DNA of 64,000 nt from an uncultured Spirochaetota bacterium (lineage in GTDB: Bacteria; Spirochaetota; UBA4802; UBA5550): NCBI GenBank assembly GCA_963827275.1, contig CAWHAA010000008.1:416001-480000 (forward strand). The letters run 5' to 3'. Below, in pieces: positions 29,643-38,787 of this stretch. How positions within the stretch are numbered: the stretch's first letter is position 1; each line of letters opens with the position of its first letter. The notes under the pieces are model-generated. The model was not told the origin of the DNA, did no database searches, and saw only the letters and a list, made by a program, of their open reading frames with translations. The position numbers and the translations under genes are program-made.

Positions 29643-30832
29643 ATGAGCCCCCATGATTCCAGTTTATAGAGTATGACGAGGACTATCGTTGTCGCCAGCC
29701 CGGCGATGTATATCGGCAGCCAGAGCTTCAGCTCTTTTTTGACCCCGCTTATGGTGGTGAAGGTGGTCGCGCCGGTGAACTGGAGCGCCAGGTACGAGGA
29801 GAGGAGCGGGAAGAGAACCAGCGCTGCCGTTTTTAACAACAGGGAGTTCCCGCCGAGCGGTGTCGCGAGCACCAGGGGTGCGACTGCGGCGGCCCCGGCA
29901 ACGAGCCCCTTCACCGCAAATGAACGGAACGGGATGAAGGGGAGGAGCGCCGGCGTGACAAAGGCACCCGCCAGGACGCCTGTCATGCAGAGGAGAATAA
30001 CGGGCCAGCCCTCTGACCAGGCGCTGTTCCATAAAATGCCTTCAGGCTGTATCCCGAATATCACGAGGATGATCAGCGCCGCGAGGGGAAATTTCCTGAA
30101 GGCCTGGTTCAGCTCGATCGGGACAAGGACCAGGCGGTCACCCAGGGTGAACCGGATCGTCCTCATCGCAGGAGTGGCGCTGCATCCCGCCCTGATATAT
30201 TCCGGGATGTCGTTCGCGTCCACGGGCCCGAAGCGCACGCTGAAACCGGTCTTCTTTTTAACCTCCGCGGCATTGACCCCGGTGGCGCCGAGCTGGGGCA
30301 CGATGAGGCGCCGGTGCCCGACCAGCTGTGCCAGGTTCAGCCCGAGAACGCGCTTCACGAGCTCCCCGGTGCCGAAGGTGCCTTTGCCGGCAGCGCACCA
30401 GACGTTGATCCCCTTCGTATCGAGGACCAGTATCCAGCCGTTCATGCCCGCGAGCGAGCGGCGGAGCATATCAAATGAAAGCTTGTAGTTTGCCGACACG
30501 AAAATATCGGACCCCGCGTCCGGTGCGCCCACCGCGTACAGCCCGGGCCGTACCGCATAGTGCTCCCTGAATGCGCTGATGCGGGAGCGGAACCGGCCCC
30601 ATCGGTCGGATCTGGTCCACCCTGCTGCGACGACCGGCACCAGCCCGGAAGATGTGTTCAGGACACCGGTAACCCAGGGCTCCTTGCCCTGGGTAATATC
30701 CGATAATGACTGGAGCGCCCGGAGGTTCACCCGGGGCCCGCGTGCCAGTACGCCCTGATTTTTTTGCCCGCCGCAGCAGGACTGTTGCGGCGTATTCTCT
30801 GCCGGTTTTGCATACATTTCTAGAGGTTTCAT
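29639..30832 (-). CDS. hgcA: Mercury methylation corrinoid protein HgcA
   Basis: ANYKLSFD, cap helix GINVWCAAGKG, C-terminal TM domain, FTGATTFT..SGVKKE. Confidence 0.98.
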   Translation of the reverse strand: MKPLEMYAKPAENTPQQSCCGGQKNQGVLARGPRVNLRALQSLSDITQGKEPWVTGVLNTSSGLVPVVAAGWTRSDRWGRFRSRISAFREHYAVRPGLYAVGAPDAGSDIFVSANYKLSFDMLRRSLAGMNGWILVLDTKGINVWCAAGKGTFGTGELVKRVLGLNLAQLVGHRRLIVPQLGATGVNAAEVKKKTGFSVRFGPVDANDIPEYIRAGCSATPAMRTIRFTLGDRLVLVPIELNQAFRKFPLAALIILVIFGIQPEGILWNSAWSEGWPVILLCMTGVLAGAFVTPALLPFIPFRSFAVKGLVAGAAAVAPLVLATPLGGNSLLLKTAALVLFPLLSSYLALQFTGATTFTTISGVKKELKLWLPIYIAGLATTIVLVILYKLESWGLI

Positions 30833-30858
30833 ACTACTACACTTTAATCATTGTATAT

Positions 30859-30892
30859 TTGGCAATATAGCCAATTAACCAATGAATGTCAA
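30859..30892 (-). promoter_or_regulatory. hgcA promoter with overlapping palindromic operator
   Basis: Minus strand TTGACA (30892-30887)-N17-TATATT (30869-30864); TTGGC-N6-GCCAA (30859-30874) centred on the -10. Confidence 0.85.
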
Positions 30893-31055
30893 GAATCATT
30901 TTTCCCAGCAAGAAAATTTTAAAGCAAGGATTACCGGTTATTGTAACATCGTCAGGTGCGGATTGATGGACATGGAATACGCCTGCGCTGAAGAGGGTAT
31001 GCCGCATGGCGTGCGCACTATGCCGGCACGGCGCATCATCCCGGCATCCGGCCTG

Positions 31056-32786
31056 TCATGCGGGGGACTCTCCTTCAGATTTCTGATACCGGTCTGCTTC
31101 CTGTCCGCCCCTGTTGTCCCGCCGGTACCGCTCGGGCGTGGTCCCCATGTAGCGGGGAAACAGGCGGTTGAAGGTCCGGATGCTGTCGAACCCGACCGAT
31201 GACGCGATGGTCATGACGCTCTCTTCATCGCGCACCAGTTTGTCCGCGGCTTCACGCATGCGGAGCTCGTTTATGTAATCACCCAGTTTTTTGCCGGTGT
31301 ATTTTTTAAAAAGACGGCTCAGGCTGTCGGGATGCACCTCAGCCTGGCCGGCAAGAAATGAACGGGAGAGATGAGCCGTATAGTTGTCGTTGATGTAGTC
31401 AGCCACCTGTAAAATTCTCGTGCGCGGATTGGCCGCTCCCTGGTCGGCGCCGCCCCGTCTCTTCCGCGCGGCCGCGACCATCTTCAGTTTTTCACCGAGC
31501 AGGGCGTTCTCTATGACGAAGCTCTCAAGGCTGTTGTTGAGGTCTTCCACCTCGTCCATCATCCGTATGAACCGGATGGTAAGCACCAGCGCGCTGCCGA
31601 TGAAAAACACGGCGGCCGCGTAGGGGAATATCATGTACTGGAAAGCGATACCCCAGCGGGCCATGTCATTGCCGGTCAGCTTGAGGAAGAATATGCCCCC
31701 GTCATGGAGGGCCCCCATGATGGCGATGATGCCGAAAAAGCTGAAGATTTTCGCGTAGGGGTGTTTTTTTATCAGGGCGGATACGTGGCAGGAGATGTTG
31801 TACATGCCCACGAGACAGGCAAGGGCGGTCAGCACGGAACCGGAGTTCCGTACGATTCCGCCCCGTGTCTCTTCGGTGATGAAAAAAAAGATGAACAGGG
31901 CCACCACTGCGAGATAGGTCCAGAGCGCCACCTCGATTTTTTTTCTGGCCAGCCCGTAAACGCGGTGCAGGAAAATGGGGTGCACGGCCGTGATCGCGAC
32001 CCAGGCGGTGATCAGGACCTGCTGCCGCCTGAGCTGGGAACCGTAGAGGTCCCAGTAGGAGCAGAGTTCGAGCACTATGAAAAACCCGCACAGGACCTGG
32101 AGACAATAATAAAGATATTCCTGCTCTGCGGGCCTTTTGATCGAAAAAAACAGGTACATGATGAAAAGGATCACCCCCAGCGCCATGATCATGAAGACCA
32201 GCTCCACCACGAGAAACCGCGCTGCCATTCCGCTCCCGCTCCAGTCGTTGATGCCGGTCACCGCAAGTGTCCCCATGACGTCCCCGAACAGGAAATAGGA
32301 GACCCGCACTGCGACGACATTCTCTTCTCCGGGCCGGATGAATCTTCCGCTTATCCGGTAATAGCGCGGATGGTTCCACATGGAATGGGCATGGGGCAGG
32401 AACCCCCCCATGCCCCCGATCCTGACGCCGTTAAAGTAGGTCTCGTCGGCGTTGGCGATCCTTCCCAGTACCAGCCCCAGGTCTTCACCGGGCCGGACGC
32501 CGTTCAGGCGGACTTTTTTTCTGAGCCAGAGAACGCCGCCGATTTTTTCCGACCTGCCGTACACGTAGGACATGAGGTTCGACGGAAGGGTGATGGCGTC
32601 CCACCCGGAATCATTGAAACCGGCGGCGGCATACCGCGGGTCGTCGTCCGGTGATATTTTCCAGACGCCTTCCAGGGACACGCGCGTGCCGCCCCCGTCC
32701 TCCCGGCCGGGCATGCCGCGGAAGGCCATGGAAATGACGAAAATGCAGCAGCCGATGACCAGATACAATAGGGTCCTGAGTATCAT
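31056..32786 (-). CDS. Membrane-bound AraC regulator (extracytoplasmic sugar-binding-like domain + multi-TM + AraC HTH)
   Basis: LEGVWK..D..DSGW, LWLRK, ADETYFNGVRIG; about 7 TM; YINELR, VGFDSIRTFNRLF. Confidence 0.88.
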   Translation of the reverse strand: MILRTLLYLVIGCCIFVISMAFRGMPGREDGGGTRVSLEGVWKISPDDDPRYAAAGFNDSGWDAITLPSNLMSYVYGRSEKIGGVLWLRKKVRLNGVRPGEDLGLVLGRIANADETYFNGVRIGGMGGFLPHAHSMWNHPRYYRISGRFIRPGEENVVAVRVSYFLFGDVMGTLAVTGINDWSGSGMAARFLVVELVFMIMALGVILFIMYLFFSIKRPAEQEYLYYCLQVLCGFFIVLELCSYWDLYGSQLRRQQVLITAWVAITAVHPIFLHRVYGLARKKIEVALWTYLAVVALFIFFFITEETRGGIVRNSGSVLTALACLVGMYNISCHVSALIKKHPYAKIFSFFGIIAIMGALHDGGIFFLKLTGNDMARWGIAFQYMIFPYAAAVFFIGSALVLTIRFIRMMDEVEDLNNSLESFVIENALLGEKLKMVAAARKRRGGADQGAANPRTRILQVADYINDNYTAHLSRSFLAGQAEVHPDSLSRLFKKYTGKKLGDYINELRMREAADKLVRDEESVMTIASSVGFDSIRTFNRLFPRYMGTTPERYRRDNRGGQEADRYQKSEGESPA

Positions 32787-32821
32787 AGTTCCTCCGCCAT
32801 TGAAAGGGCCGCTCACCGGCT

Positions 32822-33811
32822 TTATGCCTGGCCCGTATATTCGCCGAGCAGCCGCATCCCTTCGTCGAATGTTATTTCAGGCACGTAGTCAAAATCGTTG
32901 CGGGCGGCGCTTATATCGAACCAGTGGGATGTCGACAGCTCGCGCGCGAGGAACCGCGTCACCAGCGGCTCCCCGTCGATGCGGAACAACCGGTACAGCG
33001 ATTCCAGCACCCAGCCCCCGGCATAGGCGATGCCGGCCGGGATGCGACGCCTGACCGGCGGGAGGCCGTACGCGCACAGCACGCGGTCCAGCACCTCCCC
33101 GATGGGCCGCGGGTCGCCATTAGATATGAAATAGGCCTTTCCCGCGAGGGGCGAACCGGGGGAGAGCCGGTCGGCGGCCTTCAGGTGGGCCTGCGCCGCA
33201 TTGTCGATATACACGATATCGATCCTGTTGTCGCCGGTCCCGACGATCCGCAACCTGCCCGCACGCGCCTTTTCCACGATGCGCGGGACAAGGTTGTTGT
33301 CCCCGGGCCCCCATATCAGGTGCGGCCGGAGCGCAACGGTGGACAGGACGCCGTCATTGGCGGAGAGGACCATGCGCTCGGCTATGGCCTTTGTCCGCGG
33401 GTAGCTGGCCTCGAAGCGGCTGGCGTAGGGGACGCTTTCATCGACGCCCTCCATGTCCCCGCCGTTAAAAACGACGCTGGGAGACGAGGTATACACGAGA
33501 CGCCGGACGCCCTCCAGCAGGCAGGCGTTAATGACGTTCCTGGTGCCCTCAACGTTGGCGCGGTAATAGTCGTCATAGGACCCCCAGGGTCCGGCCTTGG
33601 CGCCGACATGGAACACGGTGTCGCATCCCTCGACCGCCCGGATCACGTCATGGTCATTGCACAGGTCGCCCTGGACGTGGCGCACCCCCATCTCCTCCAG
33701 CGCGGGGTACCGGCCGCGCGAAAAACTCGTCACGCCGTCCCCGCGCCCGACAAGGTGGCGCACGATGGCGCCGCCCAGGAACCCTCCGCCTCCGGTGACA
33801 AGGGCCCTCAT
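32822..33811 (-). CDS. oleD: OleD-like 2-alkyl-3-oxoalkanoate reductase (3-beta-HSD family SDR)
   Basis: TGGGGFLG, YTSSPSVVF, YPRTKAIAE, LRPHLIWGPGD; coupled to oleBC. Confidence 0.9.
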   Translation of the reverse strand: MRALVTGGGGFLGGAIVRHLVGRGDGVTSFSRGRYPALEEMGVRHVQGDLCNDHDVIRAVEGCDTVFHVGAKAGPWGSYDDYYRANVEGTRNVINACLLEGVRRLVYTSSPSVVFNGGDMEGVDESVPYASRFEASYPRTKAIAERMVLSANDGVLSTVALRPHLIWGPGDNNLVPRIVEKARAGRLRIVGTGDNRIDIVYIDNAAQAHLKAADRLSPGSPLAGKAYFISNGDPRPIGEVLDRVLCAYGLPPVRRRIPAGIAYAGGWVLESLYRLFRIDGEPLVTRFLARELSTSHWFDISAARNDFDYVPEITFDEGMRLLGEYTGQA

Positions 33812-36444
33812 GACAGCCTCCGCGCGGCCCAGACGGCCAGTTTTTCCCGCAGGATTTTCGCGTTGTGCCTGATATCGACCGGGAATCGGTGATGGTAGAG
33901 CACGTGCGCGATAGGTTTCGTATGATCAAACTGGCGCGCCATTTCCAGGAGCTCGGCCGTGATCAGCTTTCTCTGGTGCCGTCCGCCCGGCGCGTTTTTT
34001 TCCAGCTCGATGCAGATGACCGGGACCGTGGCGCCTTTGATCCTGACCCCCACAAGCGCGCTGCGGTTCACGGCCGGATGGTTGTTGAAGATCGCCTCGC
34101 AGGGGAGCGTAAAGAACGTCCTCCCGGTGGTTTCAACCCGATGGCTCTTGCGCCCGCACATCCAGAGCCTGCCCTGTTCGTCCAGATATCCCACATCGCC
34201 CATGCGGTGCCATATGCCGCCGTCTTCCGGATCCCTGATCTTCGCAAGGGCGGTCTGCACAGGGCGGCGGTAGTATTCCCTGGTCACCACGGGCCCCTTG
34301 ACGGCGATTTCGCCAATCGTGCCGACCGGCTGCCTGAGTGAATCCGACCATGTGGTGACCGGTTCCTCGGAGATGGGAATGATGGCGACCGACATGTCCC
34401 TGACGGGATGGCCGACGCACACCCCACCTCCGCGTTCAGTGCGGCTCTTTGTCTCGCCGAGCAGGACGCTGCTTCCTATCACCGTTACCGGCAGGGCCTC
34501 GGTGGCCCCGTACGGGGTGAATATCTGCACGCCGGGCGCGAGCACTTTTGATAACCGGCTGATCGACGACATCCGCGCCGGCGCGCCCGCGGAAAAGACC
34601 CGCCGCAGGGTGGGCAGCTTGATACGCTTCTCCTCGCAATAGCGTCCGATTTTTTCCACCAGCGCCGGCGAGCAGAACATGTTGGTGCACTGGAAGTCGT
34701 TGATGGCCGTAATTAATTTTTTCGGATCGGCATCGGCGGGCCTGGTGGCATCCATGTCGGGCAGTATCGCCGGCACGCCGCACGCCGGGCCGAAAAGGGC
34801 AAAGGGCGGGAAGGTGGAAAGATCGATGTCATCGTCCTTCAGGTCGAGTATCTCTTTCAGGATGTCCAGCTGGGAAGAGAATATTCCGCTGGTATAGACG
34901 ACGCCCTTGGGGATGCCCGTGTTGCCGCTGGTAAAAGCGAGCATGACCATGTCGCCGGGGCGCGGCTTCTCGGTCATGATATAGTTCTCCGGCGATCCCA
35001 GCTCCCTGATGCGCCTGAGGGTGAACCCACCCCACAGGAATCGTCTCCCCGCGGTGACCTTGATCCTGACGGTGCGCCGCGCCCAGCCCAGGAGCACGCG
35101 TGCGAAATGGGCCTTCGGTATGCCGATGAACGCCTCCGGTTCGGCCTCTTCAATGCATTTCTTCAGGTTGCGGACCCCCATGCCCGGATCGACCAGGACC
35201 GGGATCGCACCGATCTTGAGTATCGCTGACAGGATGGCGAAGAAGTCAAGGCCGGGCGTAACCATCAGCACCGTGAGCATGCCCCTGGTAATTCCCGCCT
35301 TTTCAAGGCCGTGCGCGATGCGGTTGCTCTCCCGGTCGATTCCCGCGTAGGTCATGGTTTCATACCTGCCTTTTCCGTCGGATCCGATGCCGCGCATGTG
35401 CGCCACCACCAGGCTGTCAGGCTTGCGGGCCACGATCTGCATCAGGCGCTCCGCAAGGTCCATATATCCCGCCGTCTCGTTTTTCCGTTCCGCCGCGTGC
35501 ATGGCGGGAGGTTCGCAAAAGGGTATCCTGGTATCAATGAAGTTCTCGATGATGGGGATGATCTCCTCCCTCGCGTCTTCAAGGACGTAGTGGCCGGCGT
35601 CCTCGAAGCGGTGCACGCTGGCGCCGGGGAAATGCCGCACCCATTCGCCCAGCATCTTTTTGCAGAAGATGAAATCCTTCATCCCCCAGCAGAGGAGCAG
35701 CGGCTTGTCGCGGAGCAGCTTCAGCTTCGATTCCATGAGCAGGCCCATGTCGTACCCCGGGTCCCCCGGTTTCACGGGGATGTCCTGGATGAAGCGGTGC
35801 ACGGCGATCCGGTCTTTCCAGGAGCCGTAGGGAAAGAGCAGCCCGCGCGCCACGTCCTTCGGCATGCGGTTCCGCTTCATGCCGATGACAATGGCCCCGC
35901 GCGCGAACACGTTGAGTCCCCTGATAAACAAGTCGCTTCCCAGGGGGATGCGCGCAGAAAACAGGGCAAAGGGGAGCCGTTTTGTCACCGGCCAGATGAA
36001 TCCCGCCGTGTTCATCATCACCATCCCGGCGATCCGGTCCGGATTGAGCGACGCATAGGCGGTGCCGATGATGCCCCCCCAGTCATGCCCCACCAGGACG
36101 AAGCGCTTCAGCCCGAGGTGGTCGACGAGGGCCCCCAGGTCCTCCATCCGCCTGGTGGCGGTGTAGGGGTACCGGTCGTCACCCGGTTTTTCGCTCAGCC
36201 CCATCCCGATATGGTCAGGGACGATCACCCGGTATTTTTTCCTCAGGGCCAGGACCAGGTCTCGATAATAAAATGACCAGGTCGGATTGCCGTGCACCAT
36301 CACGACCGGAAAGCCTTCGCCTTCATCGAGATAGTGATACATTAAGCCGCCGCAATTGAAGAAATTGCTCCTGAATGGATAGAGGCCCGATGGGAAGCCC
36401 TCGGTGTATGTCTGCTCGTGCTGCGATACTGCTGATCTGTTCAT
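33808..36444 (-). CDS. oleBC: OleB-OleC fusion (beta-lactone decarboxylase + beta-lactone synthetase)
   Basis: HGNPTWS, HDWGG, DAGHYVLED; then FTSGNTGIPKG, TPYGATEALP, WHRMGD, FPVDIRHNAKI. Confidence 0.9.
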   Translation of the reverse strand: MNRSAVSQHEQTYTEGFPSGLYPFRSNFFNCGGLMYHYLDEGEGFPVVMVHGNPTWSFYYRDLVLALRKKYRVIVPDHIGMGLSEKPGDDRYPYTATRRMEDLGALVDHLGLKRFVLVGHDWGGIIGTAYASLNPDRIAGMVMMNTAGFIWPVTKRLPFALFSARIPLGSDLFIRGLNVFARGAIVIGMKRNRMPKDVARGLLFPYGSWKDRIAVHRFIQDIPVKPGDPGYDMGLLMESKLKLLRDKPLLLCWGMKDFIFCKKMLGEWVRHFPGASVHRFEDAGHYVLEDAREEIIPIIENFIDTRIPFCEPPAMHAAERKNETAGYMDLAERLMQIVARKPDSLVVAHMRGIGSDGKGRYETMTYAGIDRESNRIAHGLEKAGITRGMLTVLMVTPGLDFFAILSAILKIGAIPVLVDPGMGVRNLKKCIEEAEPEAFIGIPKAHFARVLLGWARRTVRIKVTAGRRFLWGGFTLRRIRELGSPENYIMTEKPRPGDMVMLAFTSGNTGIPKGVVYTSGIFSSQLDILKEILDLKDDDIDLSTFPPFALFGPACGVPAILPDMDATRPADADPKKLITAINDFQCTNMFCSPALVEKIGRYCEEKRIKLPTLRRVFSAGAPARMSSISRLSKVLAPGVQIFTPYGATEALPVTVIGSSVLLGETKSRTERGGGVCVGHPVRDMSVAIIPISEEPVTTWSDSLRQPVGTIGEIAVKGPVVTREYYRRPVQTALAKIRDPEDGGIWHRMGDVGYLDEQGRLWMCGRKSHRVETTGRTFFTLPCEAIFNNHPAVNRSALVGVRIKGATVPVICIELEKNAPGGRHQRKLITAELLEMARQFDHTKPIAHVLYHHRFPVDIRHNAKILREKLAVWAARRLS

Positions 36445-36484
36445 GTCATCCTCCCGTTAATTAATGTTGATGGAGTGCGGCATA

Positions 36485-37378
36485 TTACGCCACATAGGCG
36501 GCGCACGCGGATGAAAGCCCGGACCCCGCCGCCACGAACAGGACCTGGTCATACTTCTTGACAAGCCCTTCGGCCGCAATGGTATGGAATCCCAGGCTGA
36601 GGCACGATGTATGGGTATCGCCGAATTGCTCGTGGATTTCTACGGGCCGGGACTTCCCGTTCAGGCCCGAGGCCTTGTATATTTTGCCGGCCATCCCTTT
36701 CCCCTGCTGGGTCGTCACCAGGAATTTCACTCCCGAGGGATCGATGTTGGCGGACCGTATGTATTCCCTGGCGGTCTCCGCCGCCATATCGCCGAGCTGC
36801 TCAAGGTAATCGTCCTCCGTAATAAAAATCATGGACGACCTGCCGCTCGTCCCGTAGTGATCGGTGTCGGCATAGGCGGAGAAACCGCCTGACCCGTTGC
36901 CTGCCGTCCGGTAGATGACGTCGCGAAACCCCCTGCTGCCGTCCGGGTCATAGGAGAGGAGGACCGCCGCCCCCATGTGCCGGAACGGAAACGATCCGTC
37001 AGAATGCTTTGACGGGTGAACATCGCTGGAAAGTATCAGGACGTTCTTTGCCGTCCCGCAGCGCAGAGAGGCGTCGGCAACCTGCACCGCGTTGAGGAAT
37101 CCGCATGCGCCGTTGAGCAGGTCAAAGGAGAAGGTGTGCGTCCCTATGCTGCCGCTGCACGGGTCATTGTTGAGGCCCAGCCGTTTCTGCACGAGAGGGG
37201 CGATGGCCGGCTCCATGATGTTGTCGTCCCGATACACGCCGATATTGATCAGCAGGTCCACCTTTCCCGGCTCCACGCCCGCCATTTCGATGCAGCGCTC
37301 TCCTGCCGTGACTGACAGCTCTATTGAGCTGTCGACTGAATCCATGCATACCGCTGAGCCTGTTATGATTGTTCCCAT
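36485..37378 (-). CDS. Degenerate OleA/FabH-like subunit (LstB/NltB-like)
   Basis: Keeps MEPA Glu; catalytic positions altered (NGACG, TTQ, FGDT). Confidence 0.8.
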   Translation of the reverse strand: MGTIITGSAVCMDSVDSSIELSVTAGERCIEMAGVEPGKVDLLINIGVYRDDNIMEPAIAPLVQKRLGLNNDPCSGSIGTHTFSFDLLNGACGFLNAVQVADASLRCGTAKNVLILSSDVHPSKHSDGSFPFRHMGAAVLLSYDPDGSRGFRDVIYRTAGNGSGGFSAYADTDHYGTSGRSSMIFITEDDYLEQLGDMAAETAREYIRSANIDPSGVKFLVTTQQGKGMAGKIYKASGLNGKSRPVEIHEQFGDTHTSCLSLGFHTIAAEGLVKKYDQVLFVAAGSGLSSACAAYVA

Positions 37379-37390
37379 ACCTTTTTCTCC

Positions 37391-38437
37391 TTATTGTATT
37401 TGTATTTCCTGGATCTGTATACCGCCGATGCGCGCGAGCACAAACCCGACCACGATGCCCGACGCAAGGGCGATGAAGAGCACCCTCGATCCTTTTTTTA
37501 TTTTTCCCTGTTTGATATAATCATTGAGCACGACGAAATGCGACGTGGTGGACGTATTGCCGAATTTATCCAGGCTTATGCAGATTTCCGGTGAAACCTC
37601 AAAGTGCTGTTGGCACAGGTCCAGGGCCGAATGGATGGCCCTGCTGGAAGTCTGGTGCGGAATTATGAAATCGATATCCCGGGGCGAAATGCCGTGTTTT
37701 TTCATGATGTATCCCATGAGGTATGGCAGCCGCTGGATCACCTCCTTGTGGATTGCCATGGCGTCGGTATACATGGCCACCCCGGAATTTTCGCTGCTTG
37801 GCATACCGAAGCAGAGCTCGGCAAATTCCGACATGGTCATGAACTCTACCATCTCGATTCCTTCCGTATCCTCCGTCGCCCGGTCAAGTATATACGCGGC
37901 GCCTGAATCCCCCACGGTGAGGGAGGCAAACTGGCGGTCGACGGGCTCCCGTATCTCCTTGACGGCCGTCTCCGTAATGGGTGTAATACATTCCCCGCTT
38001 ACCACCATCCCGGTCCGGACCTGCCCGGACCGGATCATGTTGTCCAGAATAAAAAGCCCCGTGAGCATGCCGGCGCAGGCATTGGTTATGTCAAAGTTAA
38101 GGGCCCCGGGCCTGAGTCCCAGGTCGCTCTTGAGGCCTTTGCTCAGGGCAGGCTCCATGTAGAAGGAGAGGCCGTTTTTAAACCGCGTAATCGATGAACA
38201 GATGATAACGTCAAGGTCCCCGGCGCTATACCGGGATGAGTCCAGGCATTTGCGCGCTGCGGCAAGGGCGATCGAATACGAGTCCTCGTTTTCGTCCCTC
38301 CACCGCCGGTACTGGATGCCGGTCAGCTTTTCCAGGTCGAATACCGGCCTGTTCTTCATCCTCGCCACCAATTCCTGGGTTGAGACCGTCTGGCTGGGAA
38401 GATACACGCCCAGGCTTTCAAATCTTGTCTGCATCAT
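37391..38437 (-). CDS. oleA: OleA-like acyl-CoA condensing enzyme (FabH/thiolase fold)
   Basis: MEPA, ITNACAG, FASLTVGDSGAA, PHQTS, FGNT. Confidence 0.85.
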   Translation of the reverse strand: MMQTRFESLGVYLPSQTVSTQELVARMKNRPVFDLEKLTGIQYRRWRDENEDSYSIALAAARKCLDSSRYSAGDLDVIICSSITRFKNGLSFYMEPALSKGLKSDLGLRPGALNFDITNACAGMLTGLFILDNMIRSGQVRTGMVVSGECITPITETAVKEIREPVDRQFASLTVGDSGAAYILDRATEDTEGIEMVEFMTMSEFAELCFGMPSSENSGVAMYTDAMAIHKEVIQRLPYLMGYIMKKHGISPRDIDFIIPHQTSSRAIHSALDLCQQHFEVSPEICISLDKFGNTSTTSHFVVLNDYIKQGKIKKGSRVLFIALASGIVVGFVLARIGGIQIQEIQIQ

Positions 38438-38565
38438 ACTGTACCCCCGCTGCCTCTTTGCCGCTTCTCCTGCACTGGTGTATGGCGGCACTGCCGGATC
38501 CGGCACGTCTTAAAAAACCGACCCGTCAGTTTATTAAGCCTGAATGTACACTACCGCGCAGGGAT

Positions 38566-38700
38566 TGTCCGGCCAAATAATGATTAATTGGATTGTGTCC
38601 GTGGCCAGTTACTGATTAATCTGATAATGACCGATACCATATAACGATTAATCAGCGAATGACCGGTTCCGAACAACGATGGATCAGCGGATGGCCTGCA
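38566..38700. repeat. Four imperfect direct repeats with 32-bp period upstream of oleA
   Basis: GATTAAT at 38582, 38614, 38646 and GATGGAT at 38678; TG(T/A/G)CC at 38596, 38628, 38660, 38692. Confidence 0.8.
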
Positions 38701-38787
38701 GCGAGTGCGGGGTTCAGCAGCGCTGCAACATTTTTGGAGACAGGTGCCTCCATGCGGGGAGGGAGACCGGCAGCGGCCGGGGGATTT

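Noticed and set aside
29639..30832. CO dehydrogenase/acetyl-CoA synthase gamma subunit (CdhE/AcsC)
   Set aside because: NVWCAAGK cap helix, TM C-terminus and adjacent CMECGAC ferredoxin identify HgcA
35500..36444. Haloalkane dehalogenase
   Set aside because: Fused to OleC and flanked by oleA/oleD, so OleB is the better call
38566..38700. 32-bp periodic repeats as a degenerate CRISPR
   Set aside because: Period too short for repeat plus spacer, no cas genes, and located at a promoter
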